Shown here in pieces: positions 1 to 14,200 of a stretch of DNA of 64,000 nucleotides. The stretch is from Mobula hypostoma (lineage: Eukaryota). The notes below the pieces were generated by a model. The model was given only the letters and a program-made list of their open reading frames with translations, made no database searches and had not been told where the DNA came from. The DNA is taken from NCBI RefSeq assembly GCF_963921235.1, contig NC_086097.1:17546001-17610000 (forward strand), given 5' to 3'. How positions within the stretch are numbered: the first letter of the stretch is position 1; every line of letters begins with the position of its first letter. The position numbers and the translations under genes were made by a program.

Positions 1-300
1 AAGGGCATTAAAGATAAGGGCATGTTTTTCTATTTAGATTCTTAAACAATTCACTCTGCAGTCATACTTACTCCTTTGCTTTTGTTGTGGCTGTTCTGAG
101 TCTCTGATTCCAGTCAAACTTGAAGACTAAGATCTTACTCTTGGGCAGCCCCACTGGCCTTAATTGAGATTGCTTTTGTCGAAGGCTGTTTTACATCATT
201 ATCAGGAGTAATTAAAAAGCAGTTTAAGCCAATTTAAATAATGAAAACATATTATTTATAAAATTGTTTGCTAATATTTTGAACATGTCTAAGTTAATTA

Positions 301-1918
301 AAAACATAACAACATAAGAACATAACAAATAGAAGCAGGAGTAGGCCATCTGGCCCGTCGAGCCTGCTCCGCCGTTCAATAAGATCATGGCTGATCTGGC
401 CATGGACTCATCTCCACCTACCTGCCTTTTCCCCATAACCCATAATTCCCCACTATACAAAAATCTATCCGACCTTGTCTTAAATATATTTAACTAAAGT
501 AACTTCCACCACTTCATTGTGCAGAGAATTCCACAGATTCACCACTCTCTGGGAAAAGCAGTTCCTTCTCATCTCCATCCTAAATCTACTCCTACTCCCC
601 TGAATCTTGAGGCTTTGTCCCGTTGTTCTAGTCTCACCTACCAGTGGAAACTCTCCTGCCTCTTTCTTATATCCCTTTCATAATTTTATATGTTTCTATA
701 AGATCTCCCCTCATTCTTCTGATTTCCAGCGAATGCAGTCCCAAGTGACTCAATCTCTCCTCATGGTCTAACCACTTCTTCTCTGGAATCAACTGGGTGA
801 ACCTCCTCTGCACTGTTTCCAAAGCCACTATATCATTCCTCGTGTAAGGAGACCAGAATTGCATGCAGTACTCCAGGTGCAGCCTCACCAGTACCCTGTA
901 CAGTTGCAGCATAACCTCCCTGCTCTTAAATTCAAACCCTCTAACAATGAAGGCCAATATTCCATTTGCTTTCCTGATTGCCTGCTGCACCTGCAAACCA
1001 ACCTTTTGTGATTCATGCACAAGTACTCCCAAGTCCCTCTGCATAGCAGCATGCTGCAACGTTTTACCATTTAAGCAATAACCTGATCTTCCATTTTTCC
1101 TTTCAAAGTGGATGACCTCATATTTACCAACCTTGTACTCCGTCTGCCAGACCCATGCCCATTTACTTAACCCATCTGTATCTCTCTGCAGACTCTCTAT
1201 ATCTTCTTTACAATTTGCTTTTCCACTCAATTTAGTATCATCAGCAAACTTAGATAAACTACACTCGGTCCCCTCTTCCAGATTGTTAATGTATCTCGTG
1301 AACAGTTGCAGTCGCAGCATCAATTCCTGTGGCACAATGCTCACGACTGATTGCTAACCAGAGTAACACCCATGTATCCCAACTCTCTGCTTTCCATTGG
1401 TTAACCAATCCTCTTCCCATGCTAATACATCACCCCCAACTCTATGCATCCTTATCTTATGGATAAGACTTTTATGTGGCACCTTATCGAACACCTTCTG
1501 GAAATCCAAGGAATTAACGTCCATCTGTTCCCCTCTATACACTGCGCTTGTTGTATCCTTAAATACTCCAGTAAGTTTGTCAAACAGGACCTGCCTTTGC
1601 TGAATCCATGCTGTGTCTGCCTGATGGATCCATTTCTTTCCAGATGCCTCGTTTTTTCTTCTTTAATGATAGCTTCAAGCATTTTCCCAACTACAGATGT
1701 TAAACCAACTGGCCTATAGTTATCTGCCTTTTGTCTACGTCCTTTTTTTGAATGGTGGCGTGACATTTGCTGTCTTCCAATCCACCAGGACCTGCCTAGA
1801 GTCCAGAGAATTTTGGTAAATCATCACCAAAGCCTCTACTATAACTTCTACCATTTCTTTCAGTACACTGGGATGCATTCCATCAGGACCAGGGGACTTA
1901 TCTATCTTCAGGCCTACA
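301..1918 (-). mobile_element. 5'-truncated CR1 LINE (RT domain and 3' tail), decayed
   Basis: Minus ORFs carry CR1 RT motifs (NYRPVGLTSVVGK, QHGF..GRSCLTNL, LDFQK.FDKVPH, SKFADDTK); short repeated 3' tail at 301-330. Confidence 0.9.
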
Positions 1919-1962
1919 AAAAGTGAAAAGTAAAATAAAATGTACCAACTTGTTCATTCCTT

Positions 1963-2465
1963 TAGGACCAAAAGACATAGGAGCAGAATTAGGCTATTTC
2001 GCCCATTGAATCAGCTCCACCATTCCATCATGGCTGATTATTGTTCCCTCTCAAACCCATTCTGCTGCCTTCTCCCTGTAATCTTTGACACATTGATTAA
2101 TCAAGAACCTATCAACCTCCACCTTAAATATACCCAATGACTTGGCCTGCACAGTCATCTGTGGCAATGAATTCCACATATTTACCATTCTCTGGCTAAA
2201 GAGATGTTTCCTCAACTCTGTTCTAAGTGGTCATCCTTCAATTTTGAGGCTGTGCCCTCTGGTCCCAGACTCCTTCACCCTCCACTGTAGGAAAGATCAT
2301 CTCCGCATCCACATTATTCAGACCTTTCAATATTCGGTAGGTTACAATGAGATTCCCCCCCACCCCCCCGCCACCGTCCCCCGTCCCCCATTCTCCTAAA
2401 CTCCATTGACTACAGGCCCAGAGCTATCAAATGTAAACCCTTTCATTCCTGGGATCATTCTCATT
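1963..2465 (-). mobile_element. CR1 3' fragment
   Basis: Same 3' end pattern as other CR1 copies (ataggagcagaattaggc...gaattccaca). Confidence 0.75.
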
Positions 2466-3704
2466 CTCAACACACTAGCTATATATTAACAGAGGGGAAA
2501 AAACGTACTAGATATTGTTCTTACTTAGAACTTGTGTATGTTTTCTCCCTAGCCTGTTGAGCCAACGCCAACCCGTTCCAACACTGGCAGGTCCGCCTAC
2601 ACCTTTTTATTGGCCCTATGCTGATTTCAGCTCACAAAAAGAAAGCTGAAGCTCTCAAGCTCTTTTTAAACTTCACACTGTGTCACCAACAAGCGATCTC
2701 TCACGCTGATCTGAGCCCACAGAAAATGAGCTTTTCAATCAAGGTCAGCCATCCCTGATTAAGGCTGAGGGAATAGATGCAAAGCTCTTCTGGCCCTTGG
2801 TTGAACTGAAGCCAGTAATGAGTCCAGTGCTCAAGCAAAGGTTCAGAAGCACCAGCATCAAACATCTAGCTTGTCTTTAATTTCCATCTTTCAATGGACA
2901 GGCAGGAGGTAAAGTAAATCAGCAAGGCCTGCATCATTCATGGGTCCCTACAGCCACTAAAGTTAAGTATGATTCAGCACTCATTTTTATGTTCATTTTG
3001 TTGACTGTTATTTTCTTGCAAGAAAGCAGAAAATACCAGAAATAAAAGGAACATCTATGGATTAGGGGGAAAATTTATTACAGTTTTGTCATTTATTATT
3101 GGAATTGCTGCTGATTTACCGCATCCAATTTTATACTTCAACCCACTTTCACCTAACACACTGATATTCTTCACCTTAACTCAGTGACAAACGCTCCTGA
3201 TCTTTCTCCCTCATGTAGTGGAAGACTCCACCATCACCTCTTCCCACCATATTTCACAGCTGGCCACAGCACAAATCTAAAGGGATATAAGGCTGCTATT
3301 GAACTTAACACCTTGAGCAAATGACCCAGGGAAACTGGATAAAACTGCTGATTACTACTGTCCTGTTGCAATGCCCATACAGCTCAACTTCTTGTTTACA
3401 CCGAAATCTTAAAACTCAGGACATTATATCAAATGTTTACTTCGAGCAACAAGGCATGTTGTGGGAAATTTGATGCAGATGTGATACAGCATGTATATTT
3501 ATCTGTTTTATATGGTGGTGTAAGCTTTCAAGTCATCTGGTAATTTAACTGGAATTGGAAACTGTTGATACAACGCAGATTGCTGGGTTTTATAATAGGA
3601 AATTGATCCTCAGTGTCAGCGTTAAGCCTGAATGGCAAATTTTAAATATATCTTCCTGTGTCAAGGTTTTTGAGTTGGTGGTGTTCTTTGTGGATCTGTG
3701 TTAA

Positions 3705-4240
3705 GAGCATTGGAAAAAGAAGCAGGAATGGGTCATACAGTCTCTATCCTCATAGTGACATTCCATAAGATCATATGTGAACTTTTACTCAGCTCCACTT
3801 TTCTGTACTACTTTAAGAATATCCAAAAAATTATACTCAGCATCTAAGCCTCCTTTTGGGCAAATTCACTACTATCTGAATGAAAACTTCTCTTTTTGTC
3901 TGAGTCCTGAATGATTGATTCCTTATTTTAAGATGGCAGCTATGGCTCCAGACATCTGAATAATGAGAATCATCCTATCATTTAACCTGTCAAGGCCCAT
4001 GAAGAGTTTTGTCTGATTGAGAAAGATAATGTCTCACCTGTTTAGGTTTAGTGTGCTTAATCTCTCCTCATAGGACAATCACCCTATCTGATGAAACTCC
4101 ATTGCACTTTTTCTATCACAATAACAGCCTTTCTTAGGTAGGAATAGCCCTATGCAAAATCTTAATTTTTCAGTTAGATCCTATATAATTTCACTATGAC
4201 ACCTCAATTGTTTTGCTCAGATCCTATTGCAATGAAAGCC
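3705..4240 (-). mobile_element. Old degenerate CR1 3' fragment
   Basis: Diverged similarity to CR1 3' ends elsewhere in the window. Confidence 0.5.
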
Positions 4241-4350
4241 AGTGTGCTAACATTAAGGAGGTAATAAATCCATTTGCCAGTGTGCTAACATTAAGGAGGT
4301 AATAAATCCATTTGCCAGTGTGCTAACATTAAGGAGGTAATAATACATTT
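4238..4350 (+). repeat. 38-bp tandem repeat, three copies
   Basis: gccagtgtgctaacattaaggaggtaataaatccattt starts at 4238, 4276 and 4314 (third copy imperfect). Confidence 0.95.
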
Positions 4351-4507
4351 GTAAAGGTGCATTAACAGGATTATCAAGATTTAAGGAGGAAATAACAGGG
4401 TATTTGGAAAATCATACGGCAACCAAGCAGAATCAGTATGAAGACATGAGAGAATGCAGATGCTGGAATCTCAAGTAACAACAATTTACTTTTCTCGGTG
4501 GTTGAAC

Positions 4508-4566
4508 GGGGCGGGACTGCGCAAGCGCATGTAAATCGGCCCGTGAGGCAGCGGGGGTATTTAAAA
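4508..4566 (+). promoter_or_regulatory. Putative CR1 5'UTR promoter motifs (GC box, NRF1-like, TATA-like)
   Basis: ggggcggg 4508-4515; tgcgcaagcgca 4518-4529; tatttaaaa 4558-4566; locally CpG-rich. Confidence 0.45.
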
Positions 4567-4758
4567 GAGAGCAGTTTGACGGAGCGGGCGATGGAGTAGA
4601 GGGAGACAGAGTAGGAAGGCTTCGGCAAGCAGAGGCTGAAGATGAGCTTCACTCCAAGTGAGGTAAGGCCGGGTAAGTTCCTTTAAAAGGAGAACCGTCT
4701 GCAGCGGTATTTTATTTGAAGCAAGGAAGGTGGGAGACTGTAGCGTATTGGGTAGGTC

Positions 4759-5706
4759 ATGACAGCTGAGATCGGCCCCGTGGTTTGTTCATCCAGCAGC
4801 ATGTGGGAAATCAGGGATACTTCCAGTGTCCCTGACGACTATGTGTGCAGGAATTGTGTCCAGCTGCAGCTGCTGGCAGACCGCATTGAGCGGCTGGAGC
4901 TGCGATTGGATTCATACTGGAGCATCCGCGATACTGAGAAAGTCGTAAATAGCACGTTCAGTGAGTTGGCCACACCGCAGGTAAAGGCTACACTGGCAGA
5001 AAGGGAATGGGTGGCCACTAGACAGCGTAGCAGTAGGCAGGTAGTGCAGGAGTCCCCTGAGGTTATCTCCCTCCTAAACAGATATACTGTTTTGGATACT
5101 GTTGGGGGAGATGTCTCATCAGGGGAAGGCAGCAGCAGCCGAGTTCATGGCACCATGGGTGGCTCTGCAGCACAGGAGGGAAGGAAAAGGAGTGGGAGCG
5201 CTATAGTGATAGGGGATTCGATTGTAAGGGGAATAGACAGGCGTTTCTGCGGCCGCAAACGAGACTCCAGGAGGGTATGTTGCCTCCCTGGTGCAAGGGT
5301 CAAGGATGTCTCTGAGTGGCTGCAGGATATTCTGGAGTGGGAGGGTGAACAGCCAGTGGTCGTGGTGCACAAGGTACCAACGATATAGGTAAAAAAATGG
5401 GATGAGGTCCTACAAGGTGAATTTAGGGAGTTAGGAGATAAACTAAAAAGTAGGACCACAAAGGTAATAATCTCTGGATTACTACCAGTGCCACGTGTTA
5501 GTCAGAGTAGAAATAGGAGGATATATCAGATGAATACGTGGCTTGAAAAATGGTGCAAGCGGGAGGGATGCAAATTTCTGGGGCATTGGAACCAGTTCTG
5601 GAGGAGGTGGGACCGGTACAAACAGGACGGTCTGCATCTGGGCTGGACTGGAACCAATGTCCTAGGGGGAGCCTTTGCTACTGTTGTTCAGGAGGATTTA
5701 AACTAA
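4759..5706 (+). pseudogene. CR1 ORF1 (Cys-rich N-terminus, coiled coil, SGNH/GDSL esterase), frameshifted near 5370
   Basis: YVCRNC..LQLL, AIVIGDSIVRG, VVVH/GTND broken by an indel, DGLHL. Confidence 0.88.
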
Positions 5707-8638
5707 TGTGGCAGGGGGATGGGAACAAGTGCAGAGAGACAGAGGGGTGTAAAATGACGGTAGAAGCAAAAAGTAGTAAGGTAAAAAGTAAAAGTGGCAG
5801 GCAGGCAAATCCAGGGCAAGAATCGAAAACGGGCCACTTTTCAACATAATTGTATTAGGGCTAAGAGTGTTGTAAAAGCAAGCCTGAAGGCTTTGTGTGT
5901 CAATGCAAGGAGCATTTGTAACAAGGTGGATGAATTGAATGTGCAGCTAGTTATTAATGAATATGATATAGTTGGGATCACAGAGACATGCCTCCAGGGT
6001 GACCAAGGATGGGAGCTCAACATTCAGGGATATTCAATATTCAGGAGGGATAGACATGAAAGAAAAGAAGGTGGGGTAGCATTGCTGGTTAGAGTGGAGA
6101 TTAAGGCAATAGAAAGGAAGGACATTAGTCAGGAGGATGTGGAATTGATATGGGTAGAGCTGCATAACACTAAGGGGCAGAAAACACTGGTGAGAGTTGT
6201 GTACCTAACAGTAATAGTGAGGTTGGGGATGGCATTAAACAGGAAATTAGAAATGTGTGCAATAAAGGAACAGCAATTATAATGGGTGACTTCAATCTAC
6301 ATATAGATTGGGTGAACCAAATTGGTAAGGGTGCTGAGGAAGAGGATTTCTTGGAAAGTATGTGGGATGGTTTTCTGAACCAACATGACGAGGAACCAAC
6401 TAGAGGGCAGGCCATTTGAGCAATGAGGAAGGGTTAGTTAGCAATCTTGTCATGCGAGGCCCCTTGGGTAAGAGTGACCATAATATGGTGGAATTCTTCA
6501 TTAAGATGGAGAGTGACATAGTTAATTCAGAAACAAAGGTTCTGAACTTAAAGAAGGGTAACTTTGAAGGTATGAGAGATGAATTAGCTAAGATAGACTG
6601 GCAAATGATACTTAAAGGGGTTGACGGTGGATATGCAATGGCAAGCATTTAAAGATCGCATGGATGAACTACAACAATTGCTCATCCCAGTTTGGCAAAA
6701 GAATAACCAGGGAAGGTAGTGCACCCGTGGCTGACAGGGGAAATTAGGGATAGTATCAATTCCAAAGAAGAAACATACAAATTAGCCAGAAAAAGCGACA
6801 CACCTGAGGACTGGGAGAAATTCAGAGTCCAGCAGAAGAGGACAAAGGGCTTAATTAGGAAAAGGAAAAAAGATTATGACAGAAAGCTGGCAGGGAACAA
6901 AAAAACTGACTTGTGAAAAGAAAAAGATTGGTTAAGACAAATGTAGGTCCCTTACAGTCAGAAACAGGTGAATTGATTATGGGGAACAAGGACATGGCAG
7001 ACCAATTGAATAACTACTTTGGTTCTGTCTTCACTAAGGAGGACATAAACAATCTTACGAAAATAGTAGGAGACCGAAGGTCTAGTGAGATGGAGGAACT
7101 GAGGGAAATACATGTTAGTAGGGAAGTGGTGATAGGTAAATTGAAGGGATTAAAGGCAGATAAATCCCCAGGGCCAGATGGTCTGCATTCCAGAGTGCTT
7201 AAGGAAGTAGCCCAAGAAATAGAGGATGCATTAGTGATAATTTTTCAAAACTCTTTAGATTCTGGATTAGTTCCTGAGGATTGGAGGGTGGCTAACATAA
7301 CCCCGCTTTTTAAAAAAGGAGGGAGAGAGAAATCGGGGAATTATAGACCGGTTAGCCTGACATCGGTGGTGGGGAAAATGCTAGAGTCAGTTATCAAAGA
7401 TGTGATAACAGCACATTTGGAAAGCGCTGAAATCATCGGACAAAGTCAGCATGGCTTTGTGAAAGAAAAATCATGTCTGACGAATCTCATAGAATTTTTT
7501 GAGGATGTAACTAGTAGAGTGGATAGGGGAGAACCAGTGGATGTGGTATATTTGGATTTTCAAAAGGCTTTTGACAAGGTCCCACACAGGAGATGAGTGT
7601 GCAAACTTAAAGCGTACGGTATTAGGGGTATGGTATTGACATGGATAGAGAATTGGTTGGCAGACGGGAAGCAAAGAGTAAGAATAAATGGGACCTTTTC
7701 AGAATGGCAGGCAGTGACTAGTGGGGTACCGCAAGGCTCAGTGCTAGGACCCCAGTTGTTTACAATATAAATAACTTAGATGAGGGAATTAAATGCAGCA
7801 TCTCCAAGTTTGCGGATGACACGAAGCTGGGCGGCAGTGTTAGCTGTGAGGAGGATGCTAAGAGGATGCAAGGTGACTTGGATAGGTTAAGTGAGTGGGC
7901 AAATTCATGGCAGATGCAATTTAATTTGGATAAATGTGAGGTTATCCACTTTGGTGGCAAGAACAGGAAACAGATTATTATCTGAATGGTGGCCGATTAG
8001 GAAAAGGGGAGGTGCAATGAGACCTGGGTGTCATTGTACACCAGTCATTGAAAGTGGGCATGCAGGTACAGCAGGTGGTGAAAAAGGCGAATGGTATGCT
8101 GGCAGTCATAGCAAGAGGATTCGAGTACAGGAGCAGGGAGGTACTACTGCAGTTGTACAAGGCCTTGGTGAGACCACACCTGGAGTATTGTGTGCAGTTT
8201 TGGTCCCCTAATCTGAGGAAAGACATTCTTGCTATAGAGGGAGTACAAAGAAGGTTCACCAGATTGATTCCTGGGATGGCAGGACTTTCATATGATGAAA
8301 GACTGGATCGACTAGGCTTGTACTCGCTGGAATTTAGAAGATTGAGGGGGGATCTTATTGAAATTTATAAAGGGATTGGACAGGCTAGATGGAGGAAGAT
8401 TGTTCCTGATGTTGGGGAAGTCCAGAACGAGGGGTCACAGTTTGAGGATAAAGGGGAAGCCTTTTAGGACCGAGATGAGGAAAAATTTCTTCACACAGAG
8501 AGAAGTGAATCTGCGGAATTCTCTGCCACAGGAAACAGTTGAGGCCAGTTCATTGGCTATATTTAAGAGGGAGTTAGATATGGCCCTTGTGGCTGAAGGG
8601 ATCAGAGGTATGGAGAGAAGGCAGGTACAGGGTTCTGA
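5690..8638 (+). pseudogene. CR1 ORF2 (APE endonuclease + reverse transcriptase), several frameshifts and stops
   Basis: NARSI.NK, DIVGITET, SDHN, KSPGPDG, NYRPVSLTS, YLDFQKAFDKVPH, FADDTK. Confidence 0.92.
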
Positions 8639-10089
8639 GTTGGATGATCAGCCATGATCATACTGAATGGCGGTGGAGGTTCGAAGGGCTGAATGGCCTA
8701 CTGCACCTATGTTTCTATGTTTACTTGAGGAACATAGTGCATTGAGCAGCATCTGTGGGAGCACGTATTGAAAGCTTGCATCACGACTGAGAGTAGAGAG
8801 GCAAGATGGCCAGTTTAAAGAGAAGAATGGAAGTGGTTTCACAAGAGTCCGAGGTGATTGATGGTTTGAAAAGGGGTGCAAGATGTCAGGCGGGTTGCAC
8901 CAGTTAAGGGAGGGTGGAGTTGGTAGACAGTGTCATATGAATGATAACTGTGTTAACACCTAATGAAGGTCTTGGCCTGAAACATTGACTGTGTGCTCCC
9001 TTCTATAGATCCTTCCTGACTTGTTCCTCCATCATTTTGTGTGTGTTGCTGAATGATAAAATGAGGCAGAGGGAAAGAAAAATGAAAGTCAGATGAAGCA
9101 AGATGAGGAAAGGATTATGAAGTTTGTATACAGTTGCTGGAGAGAGATGAGCAGGAACACAAAGGGTTGCCATTGCTGAACTTGATAAGTAAAGGAGGTA
9201 ATAATGGAACCATAAGATCAGAGATGAATAACATATAGACCCAGAACCAGATAGGGGTGGATCAGGTGGAGGAAACTGTGTGTGGAACCTGGAGAGTGAG
9301 GACAAAGATGGATGATTGGGGTAATGGAAGGTTTGAAGGAAAGGGGATAGATATGAGAGAACTGGAGGATTGGAAAGAGAATGATGGTGAAGGGGAGAAA
9401 CGAGGGAAACAAAAATTGCTGGTCCATTGGTGCAGGTCACAGGAAATGTATATGTGTTCTTAGATCTTATCCCTCACTAACATTCAGGGAGTCTAACAGC
9501 CCTTCTAGGTGAGGTAAAGATTCACGTGGACCTTCTCCAATCTTATCTATAGTATTCGGTACTCCAAACATGGCCTCCTCTACATTGGTGAGATCAAGCG
9601 CAGACTGGGTGACAGTTTTGCAGAGCACTTGCGCTTAGTCTGCAATGGCACCCTGAGTTCCCAGTTACATGCCATTTCAATTCTTCTTTCTAATTTTATT
9701 CAGACCTACCCATCCTTGTCCTTCTCTGCTTCTAAGGTGAGATCCAATGCAATCTAGAGTAATAAGACCTCATATTCTGCCTGGGTAGTCTACTTTAGCA
9801 TGAATATGGAGTTTTCCATTTTTAGGTAACTCTTCTCCCCCCCCCCCCCCCAGTGGGCTGTTTTCCTCCTTCCTCCCCTTTTCCCCTCTTTCTCCTTCCA
9901 ATCCTCCCTTAATTTTAATCTTTCCCTCAATCTTACCACTTAGGTCCCTGTTACCCATCTTCATCCCCTTCCCCTTCTGTGTCCATCCACCACACACAGT
10001 TCACCCACAGGCTACCATCCCTCCACCCACCATCTAGTTCTGGTTTTGTCTGCCATTCACCACTCCCTGATGGTTCCCATATGGAAGTT

Positions 10090-11060
10090 ACTATATATTT
10101 TTTTTAAAAAACTTATTATTTAAACTGAATGAGACTAAATAATGTTGCAGTATAAAAGAATCTGGATGATCTTATTGAAAGGAACACAAAGGATCCAGAT
10201 ACAACAGGTAATTCAGGAAGTTATTGGAATGTTGCCCTACAACACAACGGGCAATGAAATATAAAAGTAGTAAATTTTTGGAGCTACTTTACCTGATGCT
10301 GTTGAGCTTGCACCTAGTATATCATATACATTTTTGCCTCCACAATAGGTAATGAAAAGAAGATTCATTAGGTTGATTCTTGGGGTTATGAGATTAGTAT
10401 ATCAAGAGAAGTTAAGTAGATTGGGCCTATATTCTGGAGTTTAGAGGAATGAGAAATGATTTTATTGAAATGTAAGATTTTAAAGGAGATTGTCAGAGTG
10501 ATTCAGGAAGAATGTTTTTCTTAGTCGAGTTACTTAGAATTGCGGCATACTTTCAGAATAAAGGGTTGCCTATTTATAGTGTGTCAGAAATAAGGTAGTC
10601 TTTCACCCAAACTGATATATCTCTTTGAAGTTTTTCACTCCAGAGAAGTCTTAAATATGTTGCCGTACAGTTGAATAACAAGGGGATCAAAGGGTTTGGG
10701 GAGTGAGTAGAGAAGTAACACCAGGACTAAGATTGAATCACTTGTGTTCATATTCAATGATGTTCCTCTAAAGCAGAGATGAGGTGGAATTTCTTTAGCC
10801 AGAGAGTGGTGAATCTCAGGATTTTTTTTTTGCCACAGAGGGCTGTAGAGGCCAAGGTGATTTTGGTGTATTTAAGGCAGAGGTTGGTAGGTTCTTGAAT
10901 GGTAAAGGATTTAAGGTTACGGGGAGAAAGAGGTTGGGAAAAAAAAATCAGTCATGCTCGCTGAACAGACTTGATGGGCCAAGTAGTGGAATTCTGCTCC
11001 TTTATCTTATGGTCTTATATCAGAGCAGATTTGAGAAGTCAAATGGCCTAATGTGCCCTT
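10090..11060 (+). mobile_element. Old CR1 3' fragments (two, nested)
   Basis: Decayed RT C-terminus; tttctttagccagagagtggtgaatct and cttatggtcttat tail. Confidence 0.6.
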
Positions 11061-11254
11061 ATTACTTATAAATTAATTCTCATGTTCTGTGTTCATATTT
11101 ATTTGTCTTTTCATTTCTTGCTTCATCTACATATCAACTTTAGTGATTAATTTATCTGAACCCCAGTCCTTTTAATCACCTTGCTTTACTGTATTTTTCT
11201 ACCAAAGTAGATGGTATCGACTGCTTATATGACATTGTTCATAAAATGATTCAA

Positions 11255-14200
11255 CACTACAGCACAGAAACAGGCCCTTCAGCTCATCCAGACCATTGAT
11301 CTGCCTAGTCCCATTGGCCTGTTCCCAGACCATAGCCTGACTTACTCCTCCCATCCATGTATCTATCCATATTTCTCTTAAATGTTGAAATCGACCCCAC
11401 ATCCAGGACTTGCAGTGGCAGCTTGTTCCACTTGCCACCCTTTCAGTGAAGAAGTTCCTCTTAAACATTTCACCTTTCACACTTAACTGATGACTTCCAG
11501 TTGTAGTCTTACCCAATCACGGTGGGGAAAAAACTTGCTTGTGTTTATCCTTTCTATACCTCTTACAATTTTGGACACTTCTATCAAATCTCCCCTCAAT
11601 CTTAATCTTATACCTTCTCGGGAATAAAGATCAATGTTTCACTTTAACTCAGGTCAGGTCCCAGCAAAGTTCTTTCAATTTTCTCTGTACTCTCTCAATT
11701 TTATTGACATCTTTCCTGTAGGTAGGCGACCAAAACTGCACACAAGATTCCAAATTAGGTGCCACCATCCCAGCTCCTGTACAAAATACATTGATTTATG
11801 GAGGCCAATGTACCAAAAGCCACTGTGACACCACTATTAAACAATTAAAGATTTGTACTCCCAGATCCCTTTGTTCCACCGTACTCCCCAGTACCCTACC
11901 GCTTACTGTGTAAGACCTACTTTGATTAATCTTTCTATCTGCCATTTTTCAGCCCATTTTTTCCAGCTGGTTCAGGTCTGTGCAAGTTTTGATAGCCTTT
12001 CTCAGTGTTCACTATACTGCCCCCCCCCCCCCCCCCCAGTCTTGGTGTCAAAATTGCTGATCTAGTTTAGCACATTATCATCCAGATCATTGGTGTAGAT
12101 GACAAACAACAATAAAGCCAGCAGCAATCCCTGCGGCACACCACTAGTCATGGGCCTTCAGTTAGAGAGGTAACCATCTACAGCTAATGTCTAGCTTCTC
12201 CCACGAAGCCAATGTCTAGTCCAATTTACTACCTCATCTTGAGTGCCAACCTTCTTGACGAACCTCCTTGTGGACAATATCCATTAACTTGTCTTCATCA
12301 ACTTTCCTAATAATTACCTCAAAAAAGACCTGTAAGATTGGTTAGACATGACCTACCACACACAAAGCCTTGTTGACTATCCCTAAACAGTCCATGTCTA
12401 TGTAAATACTGATATATTTGGTGCAATAATTTTCCTACAACTGATGTCAGGCTCACAGGCCTATAATTCCATGGATAATTTTCAGAGCCTTTCTTAAGCA
12501 GCAGAACAATACTGGCTATCCACCAGTCATCTGGTGCCTCACCTGTCTCTAAGAATGATTTAGTTATCTCTACTAGAGCCCCTGCAGTTTCTGCACTTGC
12601 CTCCTTGCTTCTAACAAGGAGGGAACTCCTTGTCTGGCCCTGGGAATTTATCCAGCAAACACCTCCTTCTCTGTAAACTGTATGGAGTCCATAACCTCAC
12701 AGCTGCTTTGCCTCACTTCTATGTTAGACCATAGGACAAAGGAGCAGAAGTCGGCCATTTGGCCCATCGAGTCTGCTCCGGCATTTTATCATGAGCTGAT
12801 CCATTCTCCCATTTAGTCCCACTCCCCCGAACTTCTCACCATAACCCTTGGTGCCCTGGCTGGTCAGATACCTATCAATCTCTGCCTTAAATACACCCAA
12901 TGACTTGACCTCCACTGCCACCCATGGCAACAAATTCCACAGATTCACTACCCTCTGGCTGAAAAAATTTCTTCGCATCACTGTTCTGAATGGGCGCCCT
13001 TCAATCCTTAAGTCATTGCCCTCTTGTACTAGACTCCCCCACCATGGGAAACAATTTTGCCACATCCACTCTGTCCATGCCTTTCAATATTCGAAATGTT
13101 TCTATCAGGTCCCCCCTCATTCTTCTAAACTCCAAGGAATACAGTCCAAGAGCAGACAAACATTCCTCATATGTTAACCCCTCATTCCCAGAATCATTCT
13201 AGTGAATCTTCTCTGAACCCTCTCCAATGTCAGCACATCCTTTCTTAAATAAGGAGCCCAAAACTGCCCCCAGTACTCTAAGTGTGGTCTTACCAGTGCC
13301 TTATAGAGCCTCAACATCACATCCCTGCTCCTATACTCTATTCCTCTAGAAATGTATGCCAACATTGCATTCGCTGCCTTCACCACCGACTCAACCTGGA
13401 GGTTAACCTTAAGGGTATCCTGCACGAGGACTCTCAAGTCCCGTTGCATCTCAGAACTTTGAATTCTCTCCCCACTTAAATAATAGTCTGCCCGTTTATT
13501 TCTTCTGCCAAAGTGCATAACCATACACTTTCCAAGATTGTATTTCATTTGCCACTCCTTTGCCCATTCTCCCAATCTATCCAAGTATCTCTGCAGACTC
13601 TCCTTTTCCTCAGTACTACCGGCCCCTCCACCTATCTTTGTATCATCAGCAAACTTAGCCACAAAGCCATCTATTCCATAATCCAAATCGTTGATATAGA
13701 ACGTAAAAAGAAGTGGCCCCAACACGGACCCCTGTGGGACACCACTGGTAACCGGCAGCCAACCAGAAAAGGATCCCTTTATTCCACTCTCTGTTTCCTG
13801 CCAATCAGCCAACGCTCTATCCACGTATGTAACTTTCCTGTAATTCCATGGGCTCTTATCTTGTTAAGCAGCCTCATGTGTGGCACCTTGTCAAAGGCCT
13901 TCTGAAAATCCAAATATACAACATCCACTGCATCTCCCTTGTCTAGCCTACTTGTAATTTCCTCAAAAAATTGCAATAGGTTTGTCAGACAGGATTCTCT
14001 GCGTCTGTCTCCCTAGTAAATACAGATGGAACAAATCCACTTAGTATCTCCCCATCTCTTTTGGCTTCACACCTAAATTACTATTCTGATCATCCAGTGG
14101 ACCAATTTTGTCCCTTGTGATCCTTTTGCTTCTGACATATCTGTAGAACCCCTTAGGATTCTCCCTCACCTTGTCTGCTACGGCATCCCCCTGCCTTTTA

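Larger units (their letters stand above)
4491..8719 (+). mobile_element. Full-length CR1 LINE (~4.23 kb), inactivated, with TSD
   Basis: 5'UTR, ORF1, ORF2 and (tttctatg)-type tail; tttact(t) duplicated at 4485-4491 and 8720-8726. Confidence 0.95.
4440..10080. mobile_element. Penelope-like element remnant: minus-strand terminal repeat split by CR1, plus a + strand GIY-YIG fragment (~9470-9830)
   Basis: tgcagatgctggaatc at ~4455 resumes as gaggaac...gcagcatctgtgg after the CR1; 9480-9640 translates to a decayed LIY.I....GLLYIGE.KRRLGDSFAEHL. Confidence 0.7.

Noticed and set aside
2470..2715. Orphan CR1 5'UTR on the minus strand
   Set aside because: Only loose resemblance (tttaaaaagagc, ctaagtaag); not supportable without alignment
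4238..4350. CRISPR-like 38-bp repeats
   Set aside because: Head-to-tail with no spacers, eukaryotic context, no cas genes
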